59,735 nucleotides of DNA, from positions 1 to 59,735 of IMG/VR virus record IMGVR_UViG_3300008012_000002. One strand, 5' to 3'. The first letter of the stretch is position 1; each line of letters opens with the position of its first letter. Source of the DNA: a virus (lineage: Duplodnaviria; Caudoviricetes). Positions 57,397 to 59,735 of this stretch are shown piece by piece. Position numbers and translations under genes: made by a program. The notes under the pieces were generated by a model. That model had not been told where the DNA came from and did no database searches. It saw only the letters and a program-made list of their open reading frames with translations.

Positions 57397-57437
57397 CGTA
57401 GATGAAGTTTGAAGTTTGGTTGGCAACATCGCCGAGG

Positions 57438-57469
57438 CAAATCTACGGCGGCACTTTCCTTCTCACAAA
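57438..57469 (-). promoter_or_regulatory. Early promoter, Bacteroidota housekeeping sigma type (-33 TTTG, 20 nt, -7 TAGATTTG)
   Basis: Full match to TTTG-N19-21-TAnnTTTG, pointing into the early arm. Confidence 0.8.
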
Positions 57470-57974
57470 TTTTTGAGGGACTAAATCCATGCGCGATTTT
57501 ACTTCGTAAAACACGCGTGAAGATTTCGTGTATGCGCGTAAGGCATGGGGCCGTCTAGCGTATGCGACGTGTCCTGCGTGGTGTGCAATGCGACGTCGTT
57601 GGTGCGGGTGCAGGTTCGAGTGTTAGGTGAGGTAGGGGATTGTCATGCAGTGGAAAGCAACGGGTTGCAGTCGTCTTGCTGTAGCTATGCTCCAAGAAAG
57701 GCTGGATAAATTGCTGAAACATAGCAGGTTAGCCCTCGCGTGTGACGCATCATGCGTTGTGTGTCGCGTTCGTGACCCACGGGGGTAACGCATCCGATTC
57801 CGTACGTGCGTGCGTAGGTAGTGGGGTACGTATAATCCCACAGATCTGTATAACTCCCCCCATTTTCTTAGCGGGTTCCCCCTCGATCGGGGACCCCACG
57901 GCTCTATATATAAGCGTATAAGCTGTTATATGACAGTACATTAGCCTACATTACCTACACAAATGCTTAGGGGG

Positions 57975-58005
57975 TTGACATTTAAGCTTTTCTGCTGTAA
58001 CTTCG
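57975..58005 (+). promoter_or_regulatory. Promoter TTGACA-N17-TAACTTCG driving a candidate ncRNA
   Basis: Consensus-like elements with canonical spacing. Confidence 0.55.
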
Positions 58006-58145
58006 CCTCAGCGACTAAGCGAAATGGACGTCTTGAGCAAGTGTTTCGAAGCTTCTTAAGTAAATAAGTCGTTTGTCTACGAAAACGAAGGCTGTTAGCT
58101 TTAGTTGCTGAATGGGCGCAAGGACTATCTTGTTATATTTGCCCT

Positions 58146-59132
58146 ATGAAAGCTATCACTAAGTATGTTGCTGGGGGTATGATGGATGAAGGATCCCCTA
58201 CCATTGAAGAACTTGGACTTGCCAAGCGGCTTATGAATATCAAAGGGACGGATGTCCCAGGGTTTGTCCGTTTGGCTGGCGATGTGGACTTCAGTAAACT
58301 AACTGACCTAGATGATGAGCAGCTGGGAGCGCTGTACGATATGGCTGACAAGTATGCCACTATGTTCAAAGGGAAGGGAGATGGTGCGTCAGGGGTAATC
58401 AGTAAGCTCAAGGACAATTACAAGAATGTAAGGGCGGATCTCGACAAGGCGGCTGAGATCACGGGACTAGATAGGGATGAGATCAAGGATATCGGCTATG
58501 ATATCATCGATGCTAACCCAGGAGACAAGATGGGATTCGTCGCAAGAGGAGGCGCCAAAGCTTTGCTCTATTCGCTAGATCAAGGAGGAAAAGTAAACGA
58601 GGGGGAGGAACAGCTTGATGTCGATCTCCTGAGAAAGGGTATTGCTTACGCGGAGTCTTTGGGTGGGGAACTTATGATGAACCCAGATTCTTCTGCTACT
58701 GGACTGTACGGTCAGCTCTACAACGAAATCAAAGACCTAGACTTCATGAAGGGTGTGTCTAGAGAGCAGTTTGCCAAAGACAAGGAACTGCAGAACAGAG
58801 TCTTTGACATGAGAGTCAACGAAGGTATCAATGCCCCTTCACTCAGACGTAATGCAATCGAGCTTACAAAGGAGTATCGTCCTCAGCTCGGTGACGATTG
58901 GAACTTCTCACTTGATGATGTAGCCGCCATCTCTAACTACTTGGGAAGGCAGGGCGCAAGAGAGTACTTCGCATCCCTGAGAGACGGAACAGAATACGAG
59001 GTAGAAGGGGTAAACAAGTCTGTCCAGGATTACCTGGATAAGTATCATGCAGGTAGAGGGGACTTCGATTACTACACTGGTGGCAAGATCCGTGCAGTCA
59101 AGGCCGCTAAAAATGGAATGAGGTTTTATTGA
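58146..59132 (+). CDS. Virion-associated lysozyme-fold / lytic transglycosylase-like protein
   Basis: IAYAES.GG...NP.SSATGLYG catalytic-like motif in the C-terminal half. Confidence 0.65.
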   Translation: MKAITKYVAGGMMDEGSPTIEELGLAKRLMNIKGTDVPGFVRLAGDVDFSKLTDLDDEQLGALYDMADKYATMFKGKGDGASGVISKLKDNYKNVRADLDKAAEITGLDRDEIKDIGYDIIDANPGDKMGFVARGGAKALLYSLDQGGKVNEGEEQLDVDLLRKGIAYAESLGGELMMNPDSSATGLYGQLYNEIKDLDFMKGVSREQFAKDKELQNRVFDMRVNEGINAPSLRRNAIELTKEYRPQLGDDWNFSLDDVAAISNYLGRQGAREYFASLRDGTEYEVEGVNKSVQDYLDKYHAGRGDFDYYTGGKIRAVKAAKNGMRFY

Positions 59133-59144
59133 TATATTTGCGAC

Positions 59145-59288
59145 ATGACTATTAAAGGACACACCAAAGAATACTGCTACGAAACTCTCATTAGAGACTT
59201 CGACTGGGTCAACGATGACTTGGACACTTACTCTATTTCACGAGGCGCAGACGGCCTTTGGACTTTGACTGCTACAGAGGCCTCGTAA
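59145..59288 (+). CDS. 47-aa hypothetical protein (not in the track)
   Basis: ATG 4 nt after TATATTTG. Confidence 0.55.
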   Translation: MTIKGHTKEYCYETLIRDFDWVNDDLDTYSISRGADGLWTLTATEAS

Positions 59289-59291
59289 TAA

Positions 59292-59735
59292 ATGCCCGAC
59301 TACACAACTTCATACAACAAGAAATGGCTCGCTATTGAGGATGCGCTGAATAATGCAGCTGCACCTGATCTATCGGACGTTCTTACTCTTGCAGAGTCTG
59401 CGGGAGGGAGGTATGAGGTTACAAACTCTGGGTGGTCGAACGCAACAACTATATACGAGTCTGACTTCACATCAAATACGACTGGCTGGGCAGCCACAGG
59501 CGCTACCACGACAATCACCGCAAACGAAACGGGACCAGATGGAACGGATGGGTGGATGAAAATTGTTTGCGACAGTGACGCATCCTCTTTTATGATTATC
59601 CAAAATACGCTTGCTTTGAGCGGAGCTGGTCACACATACGGCGATGCGGTTAAGTGTTCTGCTAAAATTGGAGCTTCTTTTGAAGATCAGGACCCCGTTA
59701 CTTTCCAATTCTTTGTATCTGCGTCGCTTAGCACA
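59292..59735 (+). CDS. 5' part of a ~203-aa hypothetical (possibly virion) protein that continues across the junction to 291
   Basis: ATG at 59292 (MPDYTTSYNKKW...) is open to the end and in frame with ORF 4..291. Confidence 0.8.
   Translation, partial: MPDYTTSYNKKWLAIEDALNNAAAPDLSDVLTLAESAGGRYEVTNSGWSNATTIYESDFTSNTTGWAATGATTTITANETGPDGTDGWMKIVCDSDASSFMIIQNTLALSGAGHTYGDAVKCSAKIGASFEDQDPVTFQFFVSASLST
59613..59735. repeat. Terminal overlap, copy 2
   Basis: gctttgagcggagc...cgcttagcaca is identical to 1-123. Confidence 0.95.

Noticed and set aside
57605-57625. GGTTCGAG T-loop-like motif on the + strand
   Set aside because: No flanking T stem or acceptor stem
1-59735. Stop-codon reassignment
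   Set aside because: Long genes are intact under the standard code and no suppressor tRNA is present

Overview
This is a complete, circularly assembled dsDNA tailed-phage genome of about 59.6 kb; bases 1-123 repeat bases 59613-59735. The host is most likely Bacteroidota (Flavobacteriia-like), based on TAnnTTTG promoters, a T9SS type-B C-terminal domain and a VirE-N/BT4734-type primase-helicase. There are two divergent arms. The + strand late arm (58146 through the junction to 41054) carries lysis genes, a GroES-like chaperone, tRNA-Arg(TCT), two glycosyltransferases, terminase, portal, tail fibres, capsid, podovirus-like tail proteins and a 3090-aa polyvalent internal virion protein. The - strand early/replication arm (57396 to 41062) carries many small ORFs, SSAP/exonuclease/SSB, primase-helicase, a resolvase, nrdAB and a T9SS-cargo-like protein. 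I saw no DNA polymerase or integrase. The most striking signal is an RNA-element array in the early transcript (about 53870-56830, - strand): two type I hammerhead ribozymes, three tRNA-shaped RNAs that lack a normal anticodon loop, and three copies of a covarying long hairpin. Most cassettes end directly upstream of a shared CAAACUUCA-type leader. Protein assignments come from motif recognition and synteny by eye, not database searches.
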